A DNA stretch of 63,241 bases, counting the filler, from Chiloscyllium plagiosum (lineage: Eukaryota), in assembly GCF_004010195.1 (NCBI RefSeq). It is 4 parts of one record of this genome, joined end to end, with 100 filler letters (N's around TTAATTAATTAA, not from the genome) between each part and the next. Parts side by side here need not be neighbours in the genome. Positions count along the whole stretch, not along the records: positions 1 to 22,585 come from NC_057710.1; positions 22,686 to 31,431 come from NC_057710.1; 2 more parts are not named here. One strand, written 5' to 3'. Shown here in pieces: positions 12,479 through 23,719 of the stretch. Positions within the stretch are counted from its first letter, which is position 1. Each line of letters opens with the position of its first letter. The notes under the pieces are model-generated. The model saw only the letters and a list, made by a program, of their open reading frames with translations, searched no databases and was not told where the DNA came from. The position numbers and the translations under genes are program-made.

Positions 12479-13705
12479 ATGGCAGGGGACCTCATGTGCC
12501 TCTTGCTTGAAGTGGGAGCTTAGGAACGTGTCTGACATTCCTGACCCTTACACTTGCAAGAAATGTGTCCAACTGCAGCCCTTGTTTGACCGCATGACAG
12601 CTCTGGAGCTGTGGATGGACCCACTGTGGAGCATCCGCGATTCTGAGGGGGTTGTGGATAGCACGTTTAGTGAACTGTTCATACCTCAGGTTAGAATTGC
12701 TGAGGTTGACAGTGAATGGGTGACCAAAAGATAGAAAAAGAGTGCAGGTGTCCCCTGCGGTCATCTCCCTCCAAAACAGGTATACCGTTTTGGATACTGT
12801 TGGAGGAGATGGCTCACCAGGAGAGGGCTGTTGGCAGGATCATGGCACCATGATGGGCACTTCTGTTCAGAAGGGTGGGAAAAAAACTTGTAAGGCCATA
12901 ATCATAGGGGATTCTATTGTGAGGGGAGTAAATAGGCGGTTCTGTGGCCAAAAACGGGACTCCCGGATGGTATGTTGCCTCCCAGATGCTCGGGTCATGA
13001 ATGTCATCGATCGGCTGCAGAGCATTCTAAAAGGGGAGGGTGAACAGCCAGTTGTCTTGGTGCATATAGGTACAAACAATATAAATAGAAAACAAGATGA
13101 CATCCTGAAAGAAGAATTCAGGGAGCTAGGAGTGAAGTTAAATAGGAGGACCTCAAAGGTAGTGATCTTGGGATTACTACCAGTGCCATGTGCTAGCCAG
13201 GGTAGAAATGAAAAATTGGCAGGATGAACACGTGGCTTGAGAGATGGTGTAGGAGGGAGGGGTTCAGATTTGTTGGACATTGGGACCGGTTCTGGGGAAG
13301 GTGGGACTATTACAAAATGGACAGTCTACATCTGAACCAGACCAGAACCAATGTTCTTGGGGGAGTTTTTGTTACTGCTGTTTTAGATTAGATTACTTAC
13401 AGTGTGGAAACAGGCCCTTCGGCCCAACAAGCCCACACCGACCCGCCGAAGCGCAACCCACCCAGAACCATTCCCCTACATTTATCCCTTCATCTAACAC
13501 TATGGACAATTTAGCATGGCCAATTCACCTGTTGGAGGAAACCGGAGCACCCGGAGGAAACCCACGCAGACATGGGGAGAATGTGCAAACTCCACACAGT
13601 CAGTCGCCTGAGGTGGGAATTGAACCCAGGTCTCTGGCGCTGTGAGGCAGCAGTGCTAACCACTGTGCCACCGTGCCGCTGTTGAGGAGGTTTAAAACTA
13701 ATGTG
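12479..13705 (+). pseudogene. CR1 ORF1: Zn-finger/coiled-coil plus SGNH (GDSL) esterase, disrupted
   Basis: CASC...YTCKKCVQL, IIGDSIVR, VVLVHIGTNN and DSLHL blocks. Stop at about 12732, frameshifts and a SINE insertion. Confidence 0.85.
13383..13676 (-). mobile_element. HE1-type V-SINE inserted in CR1 ORF1
   Basis: Full tRNA-like head (cggcacggtggcacagtggttagcactgct), V-domain with a small deletion, (taatc)n tail, short gctgtt duplication. Confidence 0.9.
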
Positions 13706-13829
13706 ACAGGGGGCTGAGAACCAGAAGAGTAAACAAGTAGGCAACGAGGTGGAGACTGGAGACGGTAAGAATCATGAAGATAGTATTAATAAAGGGAAGA
13801 GTAGGCAGAGAGCAGATGAGTGCAAAAAA

Positions 13830-16568
13830 ACTGGTGGCATGAACTGCATCTACTTTAATGCAAGGAGTATAGTGTGTAAGGCAGATGAACTTAGGGCTTG
13901 GATTGGTGCTAGGAGTATGATGTTATAGCAATCACAAAGACTTGGTTGAAGGAAGAGTATGATGACTGGCAATTAAATGTTCCAGGATATAGACACTTCA
14001 GACAGGACAGGGAGGGAAGTAAAAGTGGGGGTGGAGTTGCATTGCTGGTCAAGGACGATATCACGGCTGTGCTAAAGGAGCACACTATGGAGGTCTTGGG
14101 TAGTGAGGCATTATGGGTGGAGCTGAGAAATAAGAAGGGTGCAGTTACACTGTTGGGGCTGTATTACAGACCTCCCAACAGTGAGCGTGAGGTAGAAGAA
14201 CAAATAGGCAAACAAATTATGGAAAGATGTAGAGGCAATAGGGTAGTGATGATGGGAGATTTTAATTTTCCAAACATTGACTGAGATACACTTAACGTCA
14301 GAGGTCTGGATGGGATAGAATTTGTAAGAAGCATCCAGGAGAGTTTTCCAGAGCAGAATGTCAATAGTCCGACAAGGGAAAGGGCCATATTGGACCTGGT
14401 ACTGGGGAACAAGCCAGGACAGGTGGTAGAAGTTGTCGTGGGGGATTTCTTTGGGAACAGTGACCACAATTCTGTAAGTTTTAGAATACTCATAGATAAA
14501 GAAGAGAGTGGTCCTAAGGGAAGAGTACTAAACGGGGCCAAGGCCAATTATATCAAAATTAGGCAGGAGCCGGGAAATGTGGACTGGACACAGCTATTTG
14601 AAGGGAAGTCCACATTTGAGATGTGGGAGGCTTTCAAAGATAGGTTAAAGATAGTNNNNNNNNNNNNNNNNNNNNNNNNNNNNNNNNNNNNNNNNNNNNN
14701 NNNNNNNNNNNNNNNNNNNNNNNNNNNNNNNNNNNNNNNNNNNNNNNNNNNNNNNNNNNNNNNNNNNNNNNNNNNNNNNNNNNNNNNNNNNNNNNNNNNN
14801 NNNNNNNNNNNNNNNNNNNNNNNNNNNNNNNNNNNNNNNNNNNNNNNNNNNNNNNNNNNNNNNNNNNNNNNNNNNNNNNNNNNNNNNNNNNNNNNNNNNN
14901 NNNNNNNNNNNNNNNNNNNNNNNNNNNNNNNNNNNNNNNNNNNNNNNNNNNNNNNNNNNNNNNNNNNNNNNNNNNNNNNNNNNNNNNNNNNNNNNNNNNN
15001 NNNNNNNNNNNNNNNNNNNNNNNNNNNNNNNNNNNNNNNNNNNNNNNNNNNNNNNNNNNNNNNNNNNNNNNNNNNNNNNNNNNNNNNNNNNNNNNNNNNN
15101 NNNNNNNNNNNNNNNNNNNNNNNNNNNNNNNNNNNNNNNNNNNNNNNNNNNNNNNNNNNNNNNNNNNNNNNNNNNNNNNNNNNNNNNNNNNNNNNNNNNN
15201 NNNNNNNNNNNNNNNNNNNNNNNNNNNNNNNNNNNNNNNNNNNNNNNNNNNNNNNNNNNNNNNNNNNNNNNNNNNNNNNNNNNNNNNNNNNNNNNNNNNN
15301 NNNNNNNNNNNNNNNNNNNNNNNNNNNNNNNNNNNNNNNNNNNNNNNNNNNNNNNNNNNNNNNNNNNNNNNNNNNNNNNNNNNNNNNNNNNNNNNNNNNN
15401 NNNNNNNNNNNNNNNNNNNNNNNNNNNNNNNNNNNNNNNNNNNNNNNNNNNNNNNNNNNNNNNNNNNNNNNNNNNNNNNNNNNNNNNNNNNNAGTAAGCT
15501 GTTTGATAAGGTTCCCCATGGTAGACTAATGGAGAAAGTGAAGTCACATGGTGTGCAGGGTGTTCTAGCTAGGTGGATAAAGAACTGGTTGAGCAACAGG
15601 AGACAGAGAGTAGTAGCTGAAGGGAAGTTCTCCAAATGGAGAAAAGTGACCAGTGGTGTTCTACAGGGGTCAGTGTTGGGCCCACTGTTGTTTGTAATAT
15701 ACATAAATGATCTGGAAGAGGGCACTGTTGGTATGATCAGCAAGCTTGCAGATGACACAAAGATTGGTGGAGTAGCTGAAAGCATAAGGGATTATCAGAG
15801 AATACAAGAGGATATAGATAGACTAGAGAATTGTGGCAGATGGATATCAATCCAGACAAATGTGAGGTGATGCATTTAGGCAAGACTAATTCTAGAGCGA
15901 ATTATACAATGAACGGAAGAACCTTGGGAAAAGTTGATGAGCAGAGAGTGCAGGTCCATTGTACCCTGAAGGTTGCTGCACAGGTGGATAGAGTGGTCAA
16001 GAAGACATATAGTATGCTTGCCTTCATTGGGCGGGGTATTGAGTATAAGAGCTGGAAATTCATGTTAAAATTGTACAAGATATTGGTTCGGCCGTATTTA
16101 GAATACTGTGTGCAGTTCTGGTCGCCACATTACCAAAAGGATGTGGACGCTTTGGAGAGAGTGCAGAGAAGGTTTACGAGAACGTTGCCTGGTATGGAAG
16201 GTGCTAGCTATGAAGAAAGGATGAGTAGGTTAGGTTTATTTTCATTAGAAAAAAGGAGATTTGGGGGGGACCTGATTGAGGTTTACAAAATCGTGAAGGG
16301 TATATACAGGGTGGATAGAGACAAGCTTTTTCCCAGGGTGAAGAATTCAATAACAAGAGGTCACTCTTTCAAGATGAGAGGTGGAAAGTTTAAGGGGGAT
16401 ACACGCGGCAAGTACTTCACACAGAGGGTGGTGGGTGTTTGGAACGCGTTGCCAGCAGAGGTGGTAGAGGCAGGCATGATAGATTCGGTTAAGATGCGTC
16501 TGGACAGATGCATGAGTAGGTGGGGAGCAGAGGGATACAGATGCTTAGGAATTGACCGACAGGTTTAG
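13830..16568 (+). pseudogene. CR1 ORF2: APE endonuclease plus reverse transcriptase, frameshifted and gapped
   Basis: YFNARSI, LYYRPP, MGDFNFPNIDW, SDHNS; QGSVLGPLLFVIYINDL, KLADDTKIGG, LVRPYLEYCVQFWSP. Confidence 0.9.
14656..15492. other. Assembly gap (N run) inside CR1 ORF2
   Basis: Run of N. Confidence 0.99.
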
Positions 16569-17334
16569 ACAGTTGATTTGGATCGGCTCAGGCTTGGAGG
16601 GCCGAAGGGCCTGTTCCTGGGCTGTAAATTTTCTTTGTTCTTTGTTCTTTATACATATTGGATTCATTGTCTGAAAGTTTGCCACTACGTTTAAGCAATG
16701 TTTATATTTTTGTTTACAATAGCTTGCTGGGCCAGATTCTGTCTAGCCCTTTCAGTTACAACTAAATCTGAGTTCCTTTTCGAAGTTTTAAAATAAGAGA
16801 ATGTGACATTTTCCTTTCTCACAGCATCTGTGTTTAAGGCTTCTCTGATTCAGATTGACAATCAATGCGTGTTCCTGTTAAAATGTATTCAGTTTGGTGT
16901 CACAAGCATGCGGCAAGTGGGAAATCAAATTGAGGACTGATTTTTAATTCGCAGAAGGAACCGCATGGGTTTAGCAGAAGGTGAGGGACATTAAAGGTAC
17001 AGAAACTGACTGTGTTACAGGAAGCTGGCTCAAAACTCTTGCCATCTTCAGTGCATTAAACTTTGTCTACATAAATCCTCAGTAGAAAGAAATGTTATTA
17101 ATTTTAACATTGCAATCACTCAAACACAACTATGTTAACATATCTTAAGCTGTTTAACTGTGGATGCAAAGGTTTTCCATTCTTCCTGGTACTCAGCATC
17201 GGAAGTTTGACAAGAAGATAACAGCAATTGAGAGGGAAAAAAACCTGACCTGGAAATATGCCAATAAATACTGAAGCACCACAGCTACATTATTGTTTGT
17301 TTGGGTGAAAGGTTTTGGGTGAGAAGTTCTGCTT

Positions 17335-17735
17335 GGGCTCTCTATTCTGGACTCAATATTGAGTTCAACGGTTTTAGGGCTTGAGGCCCCTTCACCCACA
17401 TTCTTACCCGAACACCCACACACCAGACCTTGTTACCACGTAATCTGCTATTTCACACATCCCATTGTTAGCTACTAAATGTCCCCATTAGGAGATATTC
17501 ACTCTCTTAGGCTGACCGTTATCAACTCCTTTGTCTGTCCAACTGTTGGTCTCTCTCTATGGGCTCTATCTCCACCTAACATTTGATCCCTACCCCCCTC
17601 TCCCAACCTGTCTTCTGCATGAAGATCAACTTTTTCCTCACTACCATCAGTTCTGAAGAAGGGTCAATAGACCTGCAGCCTTAACTCTGATTTCTCTCTA
17701 CAGTTGCTGCCAGACCTGCAGCGCTTTTCCTGCAA
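17335..17735 (+). mobile_element. Penelope-like element 3' end (ORF C-terminus, 3' UTR/pLTR, decayed hammerhead)
   Basis: SGLNIEFNGFR at 17346 resembles the end of PLE GIY-YIG ORFs. Pyrimidine-rich UTR, then ctgaagaagggtcaatagacctg (GAAA mutated) and the family tail. Confidence 0.65.
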
Positions 17736-18779
17736 TGTTTGGTGACAAGCAATAAATGTTGGTGAGCCTGTGACTCCCATGAGTAATTTGTTTTTAAAAC
17801 GTGCGGTCCACTCTTTTTTGTCAGCCCATGCCAACAATGTTGTGATATCGGAAGCATAATATTGTTCTCAATTGGCTTGTGAAGAATTAATTGTTTATGA
17901 TTATTAAATTGAATTATTTAATTAAGAACTCCATATACAGTGTTATGGGGACCAGTTTTGGGGTGTATGGGATAGCGTGCTGCCTTTTTATATTACGAGT
18001 CCTCCTGCATCAAAAATAGTCCAAGTTGGGGTGCAGTGACATCTAGTCCCTTAATCTCATCGCTGCATTTGATTTCACTCCTTCTCTCTCTCTCTTTCTT
18101 CTCTCTCTCTCCAGCTGAATTCCTACAACTAACTATTGGTAAAGAAAAAATACATTGATTAATTCGAAAATTCTGTATTCATATTGTTGCAGAACCATCT
18201 CTGATCTTTACTCCCATTGGAAAAGGTTTCCTCCTGTGAGCACAGGATCAATGGCTTTGTTCTGCTGCGCTTTGTCACATTTTGAGTAGTCATTTTAGAT
18301 TACATGCTTTCAAATGGCAGCAGATCTGAGCTTAATCCTGTATGAGATATGTTCGGCTGCAATATCAAAAAATAGGATGCATGATCAGTGATTATAAGAC
18401 TCTAACACTGATAAATCTACACAGCAATTTCTCCAGAGATTTTCCATAGTTTTGTTTAGTTTTGAAATTGTGATTACAATTATAATTAATGAAATGCAAT
18501 ATAATTTGATCCTTTACCCAAAAGCCATTAAAGTATGAGTGATTTTTAGGAACACAAAAATGCCATTAAGCCAAAAGCAACACTTTTCACCTTTTCACAG
18601 ATCAATCCAACCATTCCACTTTCAACATCATCAACTATATGTATTTATAGAACACTGGTTAATATCCCCAGGTGCTTCATAAGAGACAGGGCATGCAAAT
18701 GTCAAGCCTCTAAGGGACGGTGTTGTGAAGTTCAGACAAACAGATAATTAATCCACCAAAAGCTTTTAACGTTGTAGGA

Positions 18780-21425
18780 GGTGATAATTGTTGGAGAAAT
18801 TGTTGATCAAAGAAAATTGTTGGAGTGGCTGATGAACAGGGGAGTTGGTGGTCAGTTAATAAGAATGAAATTAAATTGATAACAAGCACCTTTATAGGGT
18901 GGGACGGCACAGGATCCATGCGAATAGAGTTAAGGAACCATAATGGAACAAAGACCCTGATAGGAGTTGTGCACAGGCCTCCAAGCAGTAGTCAGGTTGT
19001 GGGGCAGAAATAAATCAGAAGGAAGAAAAGGCATGTAAGGAACGTCATGTTTGACACAACGTCATTGGCCGAAAAGCCTATTCCTGTGCTGTACTGCCCT
19101 ATGTTATATGTTGTAAAGGCACTATTACAATAATCACAGGGGACTTCAATTTACAGATGAACTTGAAAAATCAGGTCAGAAATGGATCCCAAGAACAGGA
19201 GTTCATGGAATGTCTATAAGATGGTTTTTAGAAATGCTTGTACGAGAGCCCATGAAGGAACAGTCAATTCTGGATTTGGTGATGCGTAATGAAGCAGACT
19301 TGATTAGGGAACGGAAGGATAAGGAACTCCTAGGGTGCAGTGACTATGATAGAATCCACCTGCAGTTTGAAACTGGAATCAGATGTAACAGTATTGACTG
19401 GAAAGAAAGCCTAGGCAGGAAGATGGTGATGCAGCAGGGCCTTCTGGGGAGTAATTCGGAAGGTACAGCAGAAATTTATTCCAAGCAGAAAGAAACATAC
19501 TAAGGGGAGGAGAATGAGGCAACTATGGCTGACAAGGGAAGTCAGGGCCAACATAAAAGCAAAGGTTAAAGCATACAGTGCGGTGAAGATCAGCAGGATG
19601 CCAGAGGATTGGGCAAGCCTTTAAAAAGCAGCAGAGGGTAAGTAAAAAAGCAGTAATGGATAGAAACATGAAACATCAGGGCCAGCTAGCTAGTACTATA
19701 AAAGAAAATTGCAAGAGTTATTGTTGGATAGATAAAAGGTAAGAGAGAGGCAAGAGTGGAAATTGGGCTGCTGGAAAATGAGGCTAGCGAAGTAGTAACG
19801 AGGAACAAAGAAATGGCAAAGAAACTGAATAGGTATTTTGCAATAGGGTTATGTTGGTGGCTTTCCAGAACTTCAAAAGATTCAGAGGCAGAAATGTGGC
19901 CCTCACTGAGAAGGTTTCGACGAAGAGGAAAGGTCTGAAGATGGATAAACCACCCGGACCAGGTGACTACACTGCAGGTTTCTGAAGGAGACAGCTCGGG
20001 AGATTGGAGAGTCCCAGAGCACTGGAAAATGGCTAATGTAACACTTGTTTTTTTAAGAAGGGAGGGGGACAGAAAACAGGAAATTATAGGCTGATTAGCC
20101 TGACCCGGAATATTAGTAAAACTTCCAAGTCCATTATTAAGGATGAAAGTTGGAGTACTTAGTACATGTTAATTTAAGGCTGAGTCAGCACAGCTTTGTC
20201 AAGAGGAAGTTGTGTCTGACAAATCTGTTAGAATTGTTTGAGAAAGTAATGAGCAAGTTAGACAAAGGAGAGCCAGGGAACATGATCTATTGGGATTTCC
20301 AGATGGCCTGTGACAAAATGCACAGGAGGCTGCTGAATAGGTCCATGGTCTTAGGGCAAGGTACTGACCTGGATAGAGGATTGGCTGGCAGGAAAAGGTA
20401 GGATTTGGAAATAAAGGGGTCATTTTGCCAGCGGTGACCAGTGAAGTTTTGCAGAAGTTAATGTATAACTATTCAAGTTCTATATTAACAATCTGGATAG
20501 AGGGACTGAGGGAATTGTTGCTAAATTTGTAGATGACACAAAGGTGGAGGGACAGGTAGGGTTGAGACAATAGGGACAGGACAGGCTGGAAGAGTGGGCA
20601 AAGAGGTGGCAGATACAATGTGGGAAAATGTGACGTTATGCAATTTGGTAGGAAGAATAGAGGCATAAACTATTTTCTAAATGGGAAACGGCTTCAGAAA
20701 TCTGAAGCACAAAGGGACTTGAGAGTTCTAGTTCAAGATCCTCTTAGAGTTAACATGCGAGTTCAGTTGGCAGTTAGGAAGACAAATATAGTGTTAGCAT
20801 TCATTTCAAGTGGACTAGGATATGAATATCTTTTATTGCCACTATAGACGAATGGGGATATACTGATGAGGCTGTATAGGGCTCTGGTCAGATCCTGTTT
20901 AGAATATTATGAACAGTTTTGAGCCCAGTATATAAGGAAAAATGTGCTAGCATTGGAAAGGGTCAAGAGAAGATTTACAAGAATAATCACAGGGATGTAA
21001 GGCTTGTCATATGAGAAGCGATTGAAGACCCTGGGTCTGTACTCAGTGGAGTTCAGAAGGATGAAGAGAAATTCATTGAAACTTACAGAATACTGAGAGG
21101 TGGAGATAGAGTGATCGTGCAGACGCTTCCAAAAGTAGGAAAGATGAGATCTCAAGGGCACAGCCTCAAAGTGAAGAGATGACACTTTAGAATGAGGAGG
21201 AATTTCTCCAGTGAGATAGTGGTGATACTGTGGGACTCATTTCCACAGAAGATAGTGGAGGTCAAAACATTGAGTGTATTTCAGGCAGAGATAGATAGGT
21301 TCTTACATAGTAAAGGGATGGAAGTTTACAATGAGAAGGTAGGACAATGAGATGAGAAATCTTTCAGATCAGACTTGATAGGCCAAATAGCATATTTTGC
21401 TTCTATATCATATGGTTTTATGATC
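18780..21425 (+). mobile_element. Decayed CR1 LINE ORF2 (APE to RT to 3' end)
   Basis: IGVVHRPP, GDFN, SQHSFVKRKLCLTNLLELFE, KFVDDTKV, ALERVKRRFTR; 3' tcatatggttttatg tail. Confidence 0.85.
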
Positions 21426-21439
21426 TAATTGAATTATAC

Positions 21440-21630
21440 CACCTTTCCTTCACTATTTCTGGTTAAATAATTGGAAATCCTTTCCTAACAGCACTGTAGA
21501 TGTACCCACAACACCAAGAACTTCAGTGGTTCAGGGAAGCTCACCATCATCTTCTCAAGGGTAATTAACAATGATCAATAAATACTGGCCTAGACAACAA
21601 CACCTACATCCCACTAACAAATAAAATAAA
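21440..21630 (+). mobile_element. LINE 3' end (second family)
   Basis: gctcaccatcatcttctcaagggtaatta...aataaatactggcc...catccca..aataaaa. Confidence 0.6.
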
Positions 21631-22296
21631 TGTGAATTTGTGAATGGCACATACATGAATGGTAGAAATTTATTGCGTGTAGTGACATTTTGTAAACCTT
21701 TAGGCTTTTATATTTGTTGATATGTTAATGACCTGTGACAGAGTACATAGGACATCATTGCATCAAGAGGATCAAGGGTTATGGGGAGAAAGCAGAAGAA
21801 TCGGGTTGAGAAATTTATCAGCCTATACTGAACGGCAGAGCAGACTTGATGGGCTGAATGGTTCAATTTCTGCTCCTATATCTTATTGTCTTATGAGTTG
21901 AAACTCAGAAATATGGTTAACAATGCTGAACACAGTAACCAACCTTAGGATAAGTAGATTGCTTAAATGAGCAGATACATTAAAGTCAACACATAGGATT
22001 GAATTTTCTCAAAACAATAGGGTAAGTTCAATTTCGGGGAGTTTTGTTTAGGAGTTCTGTCTATGAGGTCCAAACAGCTATCTCACACAGTTCTATACTA
22101 CTCATCGCATCATGTACGCACTACATCTCTATGGCACTGCACTTTCACTATCTTATGCTCACCAGTGGAAGAAGTTCTCATTGTTGTCAGGAGTATCTGG
22201 GAAATATGAAGCTTGTGCCTTGTTTAAAGCCAACTGGTGCACTATTTCAAACAGTGCTAGACAGGGATAGTCCTTCACAGAACACATTATACAATT

Positions 22297-22392
22297 CAAA
22301 AACAGAAATTGTTGGTGAAACTCAGCAGGTCTGGCAACATCCATAAGAAGAAATGGGTGTTAACGTTTTGAGTCCAGTGTTTATCAGAACAG
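22297..22392. mobile_element. Penelope-derived arm fragment
   Basis: aaaaacagaaattgttggtgaaactcagcaggtctggcaacatc...gttaacgttttgagtcc. Confidence 0.6.
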
Positions 22393-22585
22393 AGGAAACT
22401 ATGATGTGATTAGACATGAGTTAGGAAGCATGGATTGGGAGCAATTGTTCCATGGTAAAGGCACTATTGACATGTGGAGACTGTTTAAGGAACAGTTGTT
22501 GCGAGTGATGAATAAATATGTCCCTCTGAGACAGGCAAGAAGGGATAAGATAAAGGAACCTTGGATGACGAGAGCGGTGGAGCTT
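22393..22585 (+). mobile_element. CR1 ORF2 fragment (post-endonuclease)
   Basis: NYDVIRHELGSMDWEQLFHGKGTIDMWRLFKEQL...KEPWMT. Confidence 0.85.
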
Positions 22586-22685
22586 NNNNNNNNNNNNNNN
22601 NNNNNNNNNNNNNNNNNNNNNNNNNNNNNTTAATTAATTAANNNNNNNNNNNNNNNNNNNNNNNNNNNNNNNNNNNNNNNNNNNN
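22586..22685. other. Scaffold linker gap N44-TTAATTAATTAA-N44
   Basis: Same 100-nt construct in three places; the 12-mer carries stops in all frames. Confidence 0.95.
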
Positions 22686-23013
22686 CTTCTTGTCTGTCTC
22701 AGAGGGACATATTTATTCATCACTTGCAACAACTGTTCCTTAAACAGTCTCCACATGTCTAAAGTGCCTTTATCATGGAACAATTGCTCCCAGTCCATGC
22801 TTCCTAACTCATGTCTAATTGCATCATAGTTTCCTCTTCCCCAATTAAATATCCTCCCATTTTGCCTAATCCTCTCCTTCTCCATAGCTATGTAGAATGT
22901 GAGGCAGTTGTGGTCACTATCACCAAAATGCTCTCCCACCACAAGATCTGATACCTGCCCCGACTCGTTTCCGAGCACCAAGTCTAGAATGGCCTCTCCC
23001 CTCGTCGGCCTGT
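22686..23013 (-). mobile_element. CR1 ORF2 fragment (endonuclease end)
   Basis: LDLVLGNESGQV...GDSDHN...NYDAIRHELGSMDWEQLF. Confidence 0.85.
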
Positions 23014-23719
23014 CTAGTTGATTGGCAAGTGCAATCTGATTGGTAGATGTATTGCTATAGAAAATGTACCCCAGTCAGATGATGCAAATAATTTATTGCT
23101 TTATTTAAATTTAAATAAGGCAGGTTCACTCTGATTGGTCAAAGTACTGATCTGAGAAATGAATCAGAAAGTAACCTGTTTTGTTACTGTTTTGAAACAA
23201 GCAAATAGTGGGCGTACATTCTTTATGTCTGCAAAGAACAGGGCCATGCATTAGCATATGTAACTTCCAGTCTGCAACACACTGTGAACCCAACATTTAT
23301 TGACTATACAATTCCTAGCACACTCAGGATTATTTAGTAAATGTTGTCAAATTGTAGAATTTCATCTAATGTTGGACACTGGTTTGGACTTTGCTCAATA
23401 TGCTGGCTGGTTATGGTCAGTACCCAGTTTATTCCAAAAAGTCAAATGCTTATGATGTTTTCAAACTGTCTGCCAGTCTCTGACATGCACCCTTATCACA
23501 TAGCATCACACCAACACAAATTCATATACAATATTACATATTGGTGTGACAGGCAGAATGTTTTTTTTGACTTGACAGCAGTAGCGGGTTAGTGACAAAC
23601 ACCACTTGAATTGCTCACACACAGTGGCAGCATGAAACAGGTAGTTTCACCTCTCGAAAGTGGTAAACCGAAATTACAATTTTTGCCCTGTTCCGATCTT
23701 CACATTATATCCGATTGCT

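Larger units (their letters stand above)
12135..16650 (+). mobile_element. Near full-length CR1-clade LINE
   Basis: 5'UTR with duplicated ttttgacagagcggcgaggagagaaggt motif, ORF1 (CxxC pair plus esterase), ORF2 (APE endonuclease plus RT), 3' (ttctttg)n tail. Spans an N gap. Confidence 0.92.

Noticed and set aside
12742..13227. SGNH esterase as a host or horizontally acquired gene
   Set aside because: It is the ORF1 of the CR1 LINE, directly upstream of APE-RT.
13600..13676. tRNA gene
   Set aside because: tRNA-derived SINE head continuous with the V-domain; no complete cloverleaf.
14390..15785. Long ORFs of 300-383 aa (also 54643-55518)
   Set aside because: Artefacts of translating through N gaps within CR1 ORF2.
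18430..18460. Minus-strand KTME as MBD2 exon 4
   Set aside because: Flanking residues do not match LFWEKRL...KTMELPKGLQ.
22630..22641. TTAATTAATTAA palindrome, also at 31476-31487 and 56597-56608
   Set aside because: Centred in identical 100-nt N pads; an artificial scaffolding linker, not biology.
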